Assembly: GCF_004010195.1 (NCBI RefSeq)
Contig: NC_057718.1
Coordinates: 56,180,603-56,232,759, forward strand
DNA from: Chiloscyllium plagiosum
Taxonomy: Eukaryota
DNA length: 52,157 bases
Direction: 5' to 3'
A program made the translations under genes and the position numbers. This document shows positions 9,544 to 20,999 of the stretch, piece by piece. How positions within the stretch are numbered: position 1 is the first letter of the stretch; every line of letters starts with the position of its first letter. Below the pieces are notes generated by a model, which did no database searches, was not told the origin of the DNA, and worked only from the letters and a program-made list of their open reading frames with translations.

Positions 9544-12416
9544 ACTGTGTTTCTAAAAACTGAACTCGTTGTTATAGGTATTTAATGTATTGACTCAGAA
9601 ATGCTGTCTCCTGAGATACATTAATAAACATAATCTGCTGTTCAATCTTGACTGAGTATCACCACACATGTGCGGACATGTGTGTGCTGCATACACGTAT
9701 CAGATTTACATTTCGAGACAAGTGGCTGTCTATTGCAATATCATATGGGAAGTCTTGACTGTTGTTTCATTGCATGTACATGTTAGGATCAACAGACCAT
9801 CATCTTGGATCAGTGGAAATTTAATCAGATAAATTTTAATTCTGTGTTCATTATTATGTCCGTTAGAATTTTCATGACACAGTTAGGGTGCTATAATCAT
9901 AAATGCAGTGTGAAAATCCAAATTAAACAAGTATACTAGTGATAATGCTTAATTAACACTGAATTACAGATCATTTGTGATGATAATTTTCCTGAAAACA
10001 CAAGTTCAACTTTAACTAGTAAATCTAATTAGAGAAAGGGGGAATACACCGAGATATCTATTTAATTTTATCTTTCTGAACTGGATCTAATGCAGCGTCC
10101 AGCATACAACAGTGTTTAATTGGCTGTCACAAAATCAATGGATTTCCAGTATTGAAATAGTATGAATCCTTAACCCTCCTTTCCACATTTTTTTCAACTA
10201 CCTAGAGTGATAGTCATTGTTGTCCATTCTGCACTTTAATAAAATAGAAGGTGAGCAGAGATTTAAAACTGTTCAGTCTGTATGCCTCACAGGAGGCAGA
10301 TTTTGCCATACTTTGCTGCTGCATTCAGAGCCTTTACTGCCTGGTACTGATGTAAATGAGGACGAAATCTTTACAAACAAGAAAACAAAAAGGCTATTTA
10401 CTAGATCTTTGTTAATAATTTCTTGTGTACAGCGTCAACAAAGAATTATTTGATTCCATGAATATACAAATATAGGCAAGTGCAAAAATATGTTTAATTT
10501 ACCTTGTTGTATTTCCAACGTTCAAGTCACTTTTTAGCCATAATTAAAAACTGAATAAAATCAATGTTATGCTTCCAAAAGGGTCAAACTCATTCTCCAG
10601 CATTTTATGAAGTAATAAATCAAAACAGGAGCATTCATGATCACACACAATGTTTCCTGTAATGCTTTTTCTGTAGTTTATAACATTTGCAATGTTACTT
10701 TTAAGAAATAAACATTTATATATTGTTGGAAAGGAAGACATGTTGCCAAAGGTTTTTACTTTATTTTCATCAGGACAAATACAAGAATGCCAAACTCCAA
10801 AAAAATCATATAGCAAGAGAAAATGGTGCTGATTGGTTTGCAAGTTGACTGTGATTGGCCTCTTCATGAAAACACCTAGGACATGAGGAACTACACACTT
10901 CCCAAGCTCCCAGATAATTTAAAAACAGGTGAAAGACTTAAATATACTCTTTTTCTTTGCAAAGAACATGCCTCTGCTATGTACATTGCACATCATATTT
11001 GCTTGAGCAAGCATAAATGAGCCACATTTTGAAATTGATTGATTATCTTAAATTGATTGTTAGTATAGCTGGCAGGTATTGTTCAGTAAGTGCTAGTCAA
11101 TAGCAGAAGAACATCTAATAGTAAATATTTTTATTTGGGTTTTGCAAGTGTAGGCAAAAGTGTACCAACAACCAAAAGAACATACTGTTTGATTTGATCA
11201 GCCAATCACTGAGACATGCTGGCTACGTACCTGGCATTGCACAGGCGCTAGATAATCATGTGATTTATTAACTAACCTTATATAGCATCCTAAATATGTA
11301 ACTCCTTAAAATTCGCTATTCTTTTCTCTTTCTTCAGTTGTCTTACCAAACCACAGGGTAGAGCAAGGAGGCAGGTCTTGAATCCACCACTGCAGAAATG
11401 GAGATAAAACTTTGTCCTAATACCATTAATCTGATTACTCCAGCTATACAGACAACTGTCCATTCCTCCAAGAAGTCCAAGTTATTGTGGCAACATACAC
11501 TTTCACATAAATGTTGTCATTTTGAACTATGAATAATGATGGTTGAGGCCCAAATGTTCTTTCCATCATATGGCTGACCAAGAATCTCTGCCATCACTAT
11601 GTCTTAGAAGGATTTATAAGTTAAAAATCAACATGTTTGGCCATGTTATGAATGCATCTTCCTTGGTTATCAAGTCCTGAACTGGGCATGAATGTAGAGC
11701 TTCTGAGACAAGGTTGGCACAAGTCCATCTTAGATTATTTAAGTATTCAGAAAGAACAGATCGCTTAGCAACATAATCCTTCAAGACTAATGGTTTGTCA
11801 TTGCATTAAACCTATTAATTAATCATTAACAGGCAAGAATGCCATGAAGTGAGGACAAAGTTTGATCACTATTCCTGCTGGGCTGGATCCAAGACCTGCC
11901 TTCTTGCCCTACCTGTGATGGACATCACAACCTTGTTTTGCAGTGCCAGTGCAGTCTGATCTAGGTTACTGAAGACTCCTACGAACTATGTATATAGGCA
12001 CCTGACAAGTGCAGTTGGGTGCGCTCTCCCTTTTGCTGCCTACACTTATTTCATCCTTCACAGAGGTCTCCCCTATTGTATTCTGCAGTAGCTAGGTTTG
12101 CCGTTTTCATGGCCTACATGTCCTCTCTTCCCACATCTTGAGGATTGGGAAAGGCAGAATGGATCACAGGACTCAGACACATTAACATCAATTTTGCCTC
12201 CTTGACATCATTGAGCCCATGGATAACCTTTTGTTGATAGGTGCTGCCGATAAACGTTTGGGGGTTGGTTGTGGATTCAAATTCAGACATCCTCTTTTTG
12301 CTATCTCCAGCAATTGCACAATTGTAAATGAAATTTATAAGTAATTGGATTATTGTTCTGGCTTTCCTGATGGGTTGTGGTCAGTATGTTCATCGGGGCA
12401 GAGTAATGAATGATGA

Positions 12417-12890
12417 TTTTATTGTCACTTGTATTTAACAGTGTGAAAAACAAGAAAATAAAGTGAAAAACTTTCCACTGTTGTCATGACCAAGCACCAT
12501 TTTGAATAGTTTTAAGAATAAGGAAAAAAAATAGGAAAATACAGCTTAAAGTGAGCCAGTCAGCCTGATGCAGCTTATCGTCAATGATACCTGCACCACC
12601 ATCTCTCCTCCACTGCCTCACTGCCACCTACACTGGACCTAACCAATGTTGAAGTCGCAACTTTTCATGCACCATTTTACGCTGCTGGGCCGATTTCTCC
12701 TCCGCACTGCCTCATTGCTGCCTGCACCAAACCCACCAACATTGGAGTCACATCTCTTGCCACTGGACTCACCTTGTTGATGTTGCTGTGATGCCCTTCT
12801 GCCACTGCTTTGCTGAAGCTGCTGATCCTCAGGGGCCATCTTTCCCTGCTAGGCCTACCTTGCAGCATTGCCTCTGATGTAGCAGGATAA
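12417..12890 (-). mobile_element. Interspersed repeat with a Rex1/Babar-like 3' tail
   Basis: The minus strand ends ..TTTTTCACT..TGTTAAATACAAGTGACAATAAAA, the same tail as at 15130-15203 (+). The family name is inferred. Confidence 0.45.
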
Positions 12891-14087
12891 ATTCTTTGGC
12901 TTACCAAAGGGTCTACTCCTTCCAGAAAGGTACAGTTCCCCCATTTTCATCACTCCCACACATATACAGGCTTGTTCTTTCATTTCCTCCTAATCTATCC
13001 TATAATTGCTATTTCCATCTGAACCTATTACCAACTTTCCCGCTCAATGAACATACTGACAACAACTACATATCCGTCCCTTCTGCATGGCAAGTGGGAC
13101 TTTAATTTTTCAATCTCATGCTGGCATTTCGAATAGTCTGCAGTGAGGGCTTTGTTTTCTTTACCTGTGTGGTGCAGAACTCTGAGAAAGACCTGTTGGT
13201 TCTTTCATTTCTTGGTCAGCTCATCCACAGCTGTTTGGACTACATTCCGACCATTGACAGCGTGCTGTTCCTCCTGTATGGTCTATCACACTGGATCTGA
13301 AACTGTCGCCTAGTTCCTCCTCTCATGCTCTACTGCTTTGACTCTTACTTTCTCCAGTTCCTGATTCACTTCCTGCAGTTCCTTACATGGTTCACTTTCT
13401 CCCATTTTTTATCTCACCGCTGCACCATGCAACCTTGCTGAGTTTTAAAGCATATTTCCTTTCAGCTTTTTGATGCCGTTTCCCAACTTTTCTGTCCCAC
13501 AAGTGCCAGACGAGATTTTTGCTCATTGCAATGCTTGACCCATCTGGGCCACTTCTTATTTCGTAATTTTCTTAATACCTCCTCTGCCATTTCTCCTATT
13601 GTTTCCTTCTAATTTACTGCTTCCTCACTCTCTCTCTCTGATGGGTCCCTGATTCTATATTAGCTGCTTTTTCACTTCTCTGCAACTCTAAGTCCCAACC
13701 CTTTTCATGTTTCTTACCTCATGAGTTCTCTATCCTACCCTTGCTTCTTTGTATCTTCGTGGGTCCTCCAACCCTATATTCAGTTTGCCTGCCTGATTGC
13801 ACCCAAAAATTCCTAGACCATCCAAGCTCTGAACTCTGATTGTTTGTCCTCCTCACTTTACAAGCAGTTGGTTTCTGGCTGACTCACTGGTTAGAAACTT
13901 TCACCCTTTATCACCCACTTGAATCCTGGCTATCATGTGGGGCAGCTGCCTCTTAACTCAGGTTTAGGTTGGATGTCCAAGAGTATAAGATTGATGGGTT
14001 CAACTTTAGTAGTTGCGTCAGCAGTGGTATTGTGGGCCTAGTCTGGTATTCCCAGAATGCTTGGTAGCCCTGGAGCGGACTGTGATA

Positions 14088-15000
14088 CCGGTCGTGTTAA
14101 AATTGTACAAGACTTTGGTTCAGCCGCATTTAGAATACTATGTGCAGTTCTGGTCACCACATTACCAAAAGGATGTGGACATTTTGGACAGGGTGCAGAG
14201 AAGGTTTACGAGGATATTGCCTGGTATGGAAGGTGCGAGTTATGAAGTGAGGTTGAGTAGTTTAGGATTGTTTTCAATAGAAAAAAGGAGATTGGTGGGG
14301 GGACCTGATTGAGGTCGACAAAATCATGAAGAGTGTAGACAGGGTAGATAGAGATAAGCTTTTTCCCAGGGTGAGAAGGATTCAATAACGAGAGGTCACG
14401 CGTTCAAGGTAAGAGGTGAGAAGTTTAAAGGGATACACGCGGCAAGTACTTCACACAGAGGGTGGTAGGTGCCTGAAACACTGCCAACAGAGGTAGAAGA
14501 GGCAGGCATGGTAGATTCATTTAAAATGCATCTGGACAGATGCATGAGTAGGTGGGGAGCAGAGGGATACAGCTGCTTAGGATGGCGGCACGGTGGCTCA
14601 GTGGTTAGCACTGCTGCCTCACAGCACCCAGGTCCCAGGTTCGAGTCCAGCCTCGGGTGACTGTCTGTGTGGAGTTTGCACATTCTCCCTGTGTCTGCGT
14701 GGGTTTCCTCCGGGCGCTCCGGTTTCCTCCCACAGTCCAAAGATGTGCAGGTTAGGTGAATTGGCCATGCTAAATTGCTCACATTGTTAGGTGCATTAGT
14801 CAGGGGTAAATGTAGGGGAATGGGTCTGGGTGGGTTGCTCTTCGGAGGGTCGGTGTGGACTTGTTGGGCCGAAGGGCCTGTTTCCACACTGTAGGGAATC
14901 TAATCTAATCTAATTGAGCGATAGGTTTAGACAGTAGGTTTGGATCGGCTCAGGCTTGGAGGGCTGTTCCTGGGCTGTAAATTTTTTTTTGTTCTTTGTA
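14088..15000 (+). mobile_element. CR1 LINE 3' end, split by a SINE at 14584-14912
   Basis: LKLYKTLVQPHLEYYVQFWSPHYQKDVDILDRVQRRFTRILPG (ORF 14013-14312). The 3'UTR resumes after the SINE (GATCGGCTCAGGCTTGGAGGGC..CTGTAAATTTT). Confidence 0.9.
14584..14912 (+). mobile_element. HE1-like V-SINE
   Basis: A and B boxes, V-domain and (TAATC)n tail, as in the other copies. Confidence 0.92.
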
Positions 15001-15203
15001 CAGGGGCGTTGGTGTGCCTGGAGCCTGTTGTGAAAGCCTTTCACCTCCTTTTTCGACCAGACCACAAGAAAGGAGGGAGAACTCTGTTTTTAGTTGTATT
15101 CTAGTTATATTTTAACATCTTCTGTAACTCAAAATGGCACCAGTGCAAGGCGGCATACTACACTTTTCACTGTATTTATTTGTTAAATACAAGTGACAAT
15201 ACA
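15001..15203 (+). mobile_element. Interspersed repeat with a Rex1/Babar-like 3' tail
   Basis: CAAAATGGCACC..CTTTTCACTGTATTTATTTGTTAAATACAAGTGACAATA, shared with 12417-12503 (-). Confidence 0.45.
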
Positions 15204-16291
15204 ACACTCAATACAATTCAGAGGTCGTATAAACAATTCTAATCAAAACCCACCCAGGGATGCCAGTGTTGTCTCTGCTTTGGACATGTCAACATGTTTA
15301 TGTGTTATAAACATTTTACCAAGCACTCTTGATGATAAGGAGGACAAAGGGACACAGAATTCAACTTGTGGTTCAACTCAGTTTTATGAATAATATATAC
15401 CTTATTAAAAACACCGTGTGAGCATTTTCCAAATTCCCACAATATTTGTTCTCTATCTGTCTTTATCTGTCTGAGAAAGGATATTACTTGCAATGATCCA
15501 TGTGTTTGAGCTTGGCCGTTGAAATTGCCTTCCTCTCCAACATAGCGCTGGGTCTCTTCCATGAAGGTGGGTCTCCAGGTCAGGGCAGATCTTCTCCAGA
15601 GTCTTCTTGGTTGCTGGAAGGTCTTTCCCCAATGAATGTTGTTGGTACTCAATCAGCCTGCACATTGCAAAACCCAAAACAAAATGTTTATTGTTAGATG
15701 TTCTTTTGCTATTGACTAAAATTTACTGAATATTCCTGAGTGTTCTGTGGTCTTTGGTGCATGGGTTATGAGCTGGGTTCAAAGCATCCCATGGGATCGC
15801 GCTGATACCCTTGGCTGTTGCCAGACCAGGGAGGTGTAAAATGCACGTTCTTAAGCATTTGCTGCAAGTCAAGATGCCAGAAAGTCTGATTGATACATCT
15901 CCAATACACAACCCTAGGCCGATTGTAACTGGTTACCCCTGAATCTTTGTGACCTCTTTGATCTTGCTCTCCATTGTTCTCTGAAAATGATAGTTGCTGA
16001 CTACTGCTGAATTTAGTTAAGCAAATCTTTTGTCAGACTTGATTTCTTTGGCTGTGAGTCAATTTATAATATCCAATTTTGGACCTGAGACCATATTCAG
16101 CTCAACAATTCTAGAAGGAATTGATATGGGAATGTTTGTTAAGCCGATTTATCTTTTGTACAATGTGACTCGATTACTTCTCCCTTAGGAATGACAATAG
16201 TCCAGCTATTTATACAACCATTGTTTACGGTGATGCAGTTGTCAGAAATAGCAAAAACATCCCTGTATTTGAGCCCACATGTGGCCTCTAT

Positions 16292-19200
16292 ATGTTGTTT
16301 AAAAGCACCCACCAACAAAGGGTTCTCCATGGGCTTGACAATGTCGAGGAGGTAAAATTAATGTTAATGTGCCTGAGTCCCGCATTCCATTCTGCCTTAA
16401 CCAATCCTCAGAATGTGGGAGGGAGGGACCTGCAGGCCATGAAAGCAGCGATCCTAGTCACTGTAGGATACAATAGGGAAGACTGTTTGGAAGGATGAAA
16501 TAAATGTAGGCAGCCAGAGAGAGAGAGAGAGAGGACCCAAATTCATTTGCTAGGTGTCAATGGACACTGTTCACAGGAATCTTCAGTAATCTAGATCAGA
16601 CGGCACTGACACCATAAAACAGGACAAACTGGCCACTGAGGCATCAAGGAAAGCCTGCGAAAATTTTGATCCCGTAGACCACACACAGAACAATGGATGA
16701 CCAGGAGGATGGTCCAGGCTCGGGAGAAAGAGATCCTTGAATCAGAGCCCTGTCAAATAAGGCAAGGGGGAAATTCACCGAGTAAAAGCCCCAAACCCCA
16801 GTCCCACGTAAAGGAACATAGGGGGTGACCAAAACAAGGGGCGTTATTATTGGAGCTACCTACATCTATATGCTCATCACGAAGTGAGAAATAGGTTTCA
16901 GCAGCAGGGAGACTGAGGCAGCAGCAGTCACTGCAAGGGTTATGCTACAATTGTGGGTGCAGAGGCAACTTCACCAGGCCTGCAGGGTACCCAGGCAGTC
17001 AGCGCCACCATAAGAGCCAGGCTCAAGACCCCAGTCAATGCTGCAGGAAGGACTGGATACACAAGCAGCCAGTTAATTTGGTCGGGGAGATCACACAGAC
17101 AAACGTAGAGAAGGAAGTCCTACTGTCTAACTCTTTATACCCCCAGCTGAATACTCTCCCCAAAGCATGGTGGAGCTGCATCTGTTCAGTGCCAGATGGG
17201 ACAGTGTGGAACAGCCCCTGCTTGATGGCAAGGTGGAAGGCCAGTCTGTTGTATTCTCGTGAGACAAGGGAAGTCAAGAGCGAGACTTAACTTATCCCGA
17301 CATTTTGATAAGACATGTGCACCAGTAAGAACATTTCTTCTTCGTGGATTCGCAAGACGGTTTTAGGAGAGTGCGAAGATAGAACCACAGAAGTTAAACT
17401 GGGAGACATAGTCTACCATCATCCAGCAGTGTTGGTTAATCTCCATACGGATGCTGAGGCGATTTTAGATTCAGAACTTAATGTTTGACCCAGCCAATTG
17501 CATTTGGCAAATGCCTGAGGTTAATGCAGCCCCAGCAGAGATTATAAGAGACTCATACACACAGAGAATGTGTACCCTGGGGCAATAAGACCCACTGCAA
17601 TGACTGAGGATGACCATACAGTTTCCCCAAGCAGGCAGAGGGGAAAGTGAGCATTCAGAGCTTGTTAGTATGAAGTATCCTATGCTCACCAATGTGGCTG
17701 GTTAAGAATCTGGATGGCTGTTGTGGTTCACCATCAAATACAGGAACTGAATAAAAATACCTCAATCATGCACTAACATGGGCGATTAGCCCTGAAAACA
17801 TGATGATGCAGGCCCAGTGGGAAAAGTATTTCACCATACTGGAGATCTGTAAGGGGTTTTGGTCCATTCCCCTACACCGACACTGCCAATATGAATTCAC
17901 CTTCACATTTCAGGATCAGCATTACACATGGACCTGCTTGACCCAGGGTTTTCACAATTCTCCATCAATATTTTATTGGAGGCTGACTAAGGGCTAGAGA
18001 GGTTTTCCTGACCAGACTGTTTGGTACAATCTCCTCCTTCAGATAGAGACAAGGACTGAACATTTGACACTTACAGGAACTGTTAACCTTGGGTTCTCAT
18101 GAAGAGAATTAACACTAAGAAGGTTCCAGGTCTCATGCTTGGGAATTGTGATAACTCAAAGGGAAACATGATATAGTGCATCGCGGACATAATTCATTTG
18201 CCCCTCCCAGGGAAGTGTGCTTGCTGTGTTCCTTTCTGGATCTCGTGGGATACTGTCAGAACCACATTGATGGTTTCACCACTAAAACTGCTCCACTCTC
18301 TGACCTCCTCAAAAGCAATTCACCATGGGAATGGACTGAACAGCACACAGGCCATAGTGCAAGATCCCACACTGTAGGTACCCGACCCAGAACTTGCTCT
18401 CACCTTGAAAGTTGCAGCAACAGATGCCATACTGGCATTTGTACTTCTCTAAGGATGACACAATAAACTCAGATCAGTAGCCTATATCTCTCAAACACTT
18501 TCACCAGTAGAGCAAGGCTTCTGTATATGTGAGAAGCAATTGTTAGCCATGTTCTGAACAAAGCAACCTTTTGCCAATATTGTCGGCCTGAATCCCCCAA
18601 CCATTCTGACAAATCCTGCTCCCAATCAATTTTTGCTGGATGGCAGGATTAAAGATGGTACGGTCATCCCAAATCACATTGAGTGCTGGACCTTAATGTT
18701 GTAGGGTCCCAACATTGCAGACAAACATACCACAGTGCCCACCTTCCTAGCCAGGAATTTGAGCTACAGAGGAGAATCCCATGGGTTTCAGGTAGTGGTA
18801 ACAAATTTCCCTAAGGGACTATTTGTGCCACAACAAAACAGAACAAGATCCAAGACACATGGGAAGCAGTTAGAGAGATCCCTCTAGATTACATCAGTAG
18901 ATGGATCCTCTACAGTGGAGGATGGACAAGATGGTACCTAACCTCTCTACAGTCTGCCCTGCCTCAGCTGAGGGCCACACTCTCTCAGAATTGCAAAGGA
19001 CCCACTCTGTACTACATCCTACATCAGTAGATGGATCCTCTACAGTGGAGGATGGACACTGAAAGACAAGATGTCGTATATACTGTATATATGGAGAACC
19101 ACTGGGGCAAACCCCTGATAGAGTTGCACTGAAGCTCTCCAATTAAATGTGCACTCAGGAGGCCAAGTAGTAGCTGTAGCCAATGTGATCAGCCACCCTG

Positions 19201-20050
19201 AAGCATTTTCCCCGCCCAGCATGTACGTCTGCAACAGTTTAACTGACACTTCCTGCCACTGTGGGAAGCTAGAGGATTCATCTTGGCAGGCAGGAAACCT
19301 CTATACATCCATGCTCAAATTTTTCTCCAAACTGCCCAAGATCATGAATATGACATCACTAATGTTAGAGCCTAGCATTGAACTTCCCCAGTTAGGAACA
19401 TAAAAACTGACAAATTGACTGAGAAGGGTGCCCACAAAGAAGAAACATGACACCATCACTGTGAACCAAATCAAGGTTGATGATCTGGTACAGTCTCAGA
19501 ACAGCAACATGAGTTAAAGCAAATGCAGGAGGAAACAATATCTATCCCATAGAGCGGGTTAAGTAGTAAGGACAGACATTTCTCAAAGATGGAAGGTATG
19601 TGGTACTGGCCCAGGACTGAAATCTAATTATTTATCAATGCCACAATATCCAGGGTCATCAAAGGACAGAAACCACATCTAACAAAATTAAGCAATTTCT
19701 TGGTGGCTAGAAATGAGAAAAGACATAAAACGTTATGTCAAGAATTGTGTCACCTGTACCCAGAATAATCCAGATAAATGTGTCAACACAGAAAAGTTAA
19801 GGTGTGCTAGGCCAGTAGCATAACCATAAACTGATCTTCAAATATACAATGTCTGCCCCATACCACTCTGTAAAGGGGAATATAAGCATGTCCTGGTCAT
19901 TGTAGACATTTAAAGGAAATGCAGAGACGATTCCCAATCAAGTGAAAACCACTAAAGTTGCAGTGGATTTCTTACTTCAGCATGTTTTCACTACATGAAT
20001 TCTTCATTGCAATATAAGTTTAGACCAGGAATTCCAATTCACAGCCCAGA
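16292..20050 (+). mobile_element. Decayed endogenous retrovirus-like provirus (gag, protease, RT, tether, RNase H, integrase)
   Basis: Colinear broken motifs: gag-like ORF 16292-16498; zinc knuckle CYNCGCRGNF..C (16943-16983); protease VEGQSVVFS*DKG (17233-17271); RT PMWLVK..YRELNK (~17689-17762) and KYFTILEICKGFWSIPL..YTWTCLTQGFHNSP (ORF 17800-17997); thumb SFLDLVGYC..PWEWT; tether LKVAAT..VAYIS..CEKQLLA (18378-18720); RNase H VDGSS.V.DG..MYVCNSL..LPLWEARGF (18890-19300); integrase H..GH..WW..CVTC, LQI..KHVLVIVD, ISLDQEFQFT (19640-20050). Confidence 0.88.
18890..19058 (+). repeat. Exact 39-bp direct repeat separated by 91 bp
   Basis: TACATCAGTAGATGGATCCTCTACAGTGGAGGATGGACA at 18890-18928 and 19020-19058. 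Confidence 0.95.
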
Positions 20051-20999
20051 AAATGGATGTAGGAAGCCTAGCAACTTTCCAGAACATTGCCCCAAGTTGC
20101 AAATCTGTAAGTGAATCTGAACAATGTCAATAAAGTGTCTCAGAATGTCTTAAAAAGCTCACTGAACCCAATGATGATCTTGATCCTGAATTCCAATATA
20201 ATTCAAGATCACGCACTGCAAAGTATCAAATTGTAATATCTAAGAATTGAAACATGATCAAAGCTGAACTTGATTCACTTGTAAATGATCACAAGTCTTT
20301 TTGGTTTTTGGAAATAAAAACCATAAGAAGCAGCATTATTGCTTTAAGTTTCAGAATGATTTGACATACAGGTATTATAAATCAATGAGAATACACTGCT
20401 ATCTAAATGTAGAAGACAGACATATTCAGATAATACACTGAAAGTGACTTAGATGGCCTGTATTCAAATCCCATCTGCTCCAGAGTTACCTCATAACATC
20501 TCTGAATGGATTGACCTCAAATAGCCAATTCTGTGGTTAATACAGAGTTCTGCCTTTAACAGTCAGTGCACAGTTTTCTGAGCACTGCAGAACTCACCAA
20601 GATCAACAAAGCAAAATCACAGCACGGTGTCATTGTTTAATAATGAAACGTCCAAGCTTTTAAATGGGGACTGCATTGCTGCGGTTTATGAAAAGATTGT
20701 GCTCACAGCAGTTTTTCTGAGTGCTTAATTTCAGTGCTTCACAGATGTGTTCCAACTTACTGGAAGCCATTTCATTCACTTGGACTTGACACTTTATTGC
20801 TTCCTTGCTGTCAGATTTCACTGCATCATGAGAGCAATCATTGCAGCAGCCACACTAATAGCTGAAACATTAATAGCAGCAGGCGCAGCAACAGAAGCTG
20901 CTTTTACCATAGTCATATGCTGCTCCATAGGACAAAGTGAATGGTCACAGGGTTCCAACTGGAAGGAACAGGTTAACCCAGCGACTGTAAGAAAACAAT

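Noticed and set aside
12890..13950. Pyrimidine-rich stretch that might be a decayed retroelement ORF on the minus strand
   Set aside because: I could not recover any diagnostic motif by eye, so it is left unassigned.
18890..19058. Repeat-spacer-repeat pattern resembling a CRISPR unit
   Set aside because: There are only two copies, the repeat is part of a retroviral RNase H coding region, the context is vertebrate, and no cas genes are present.
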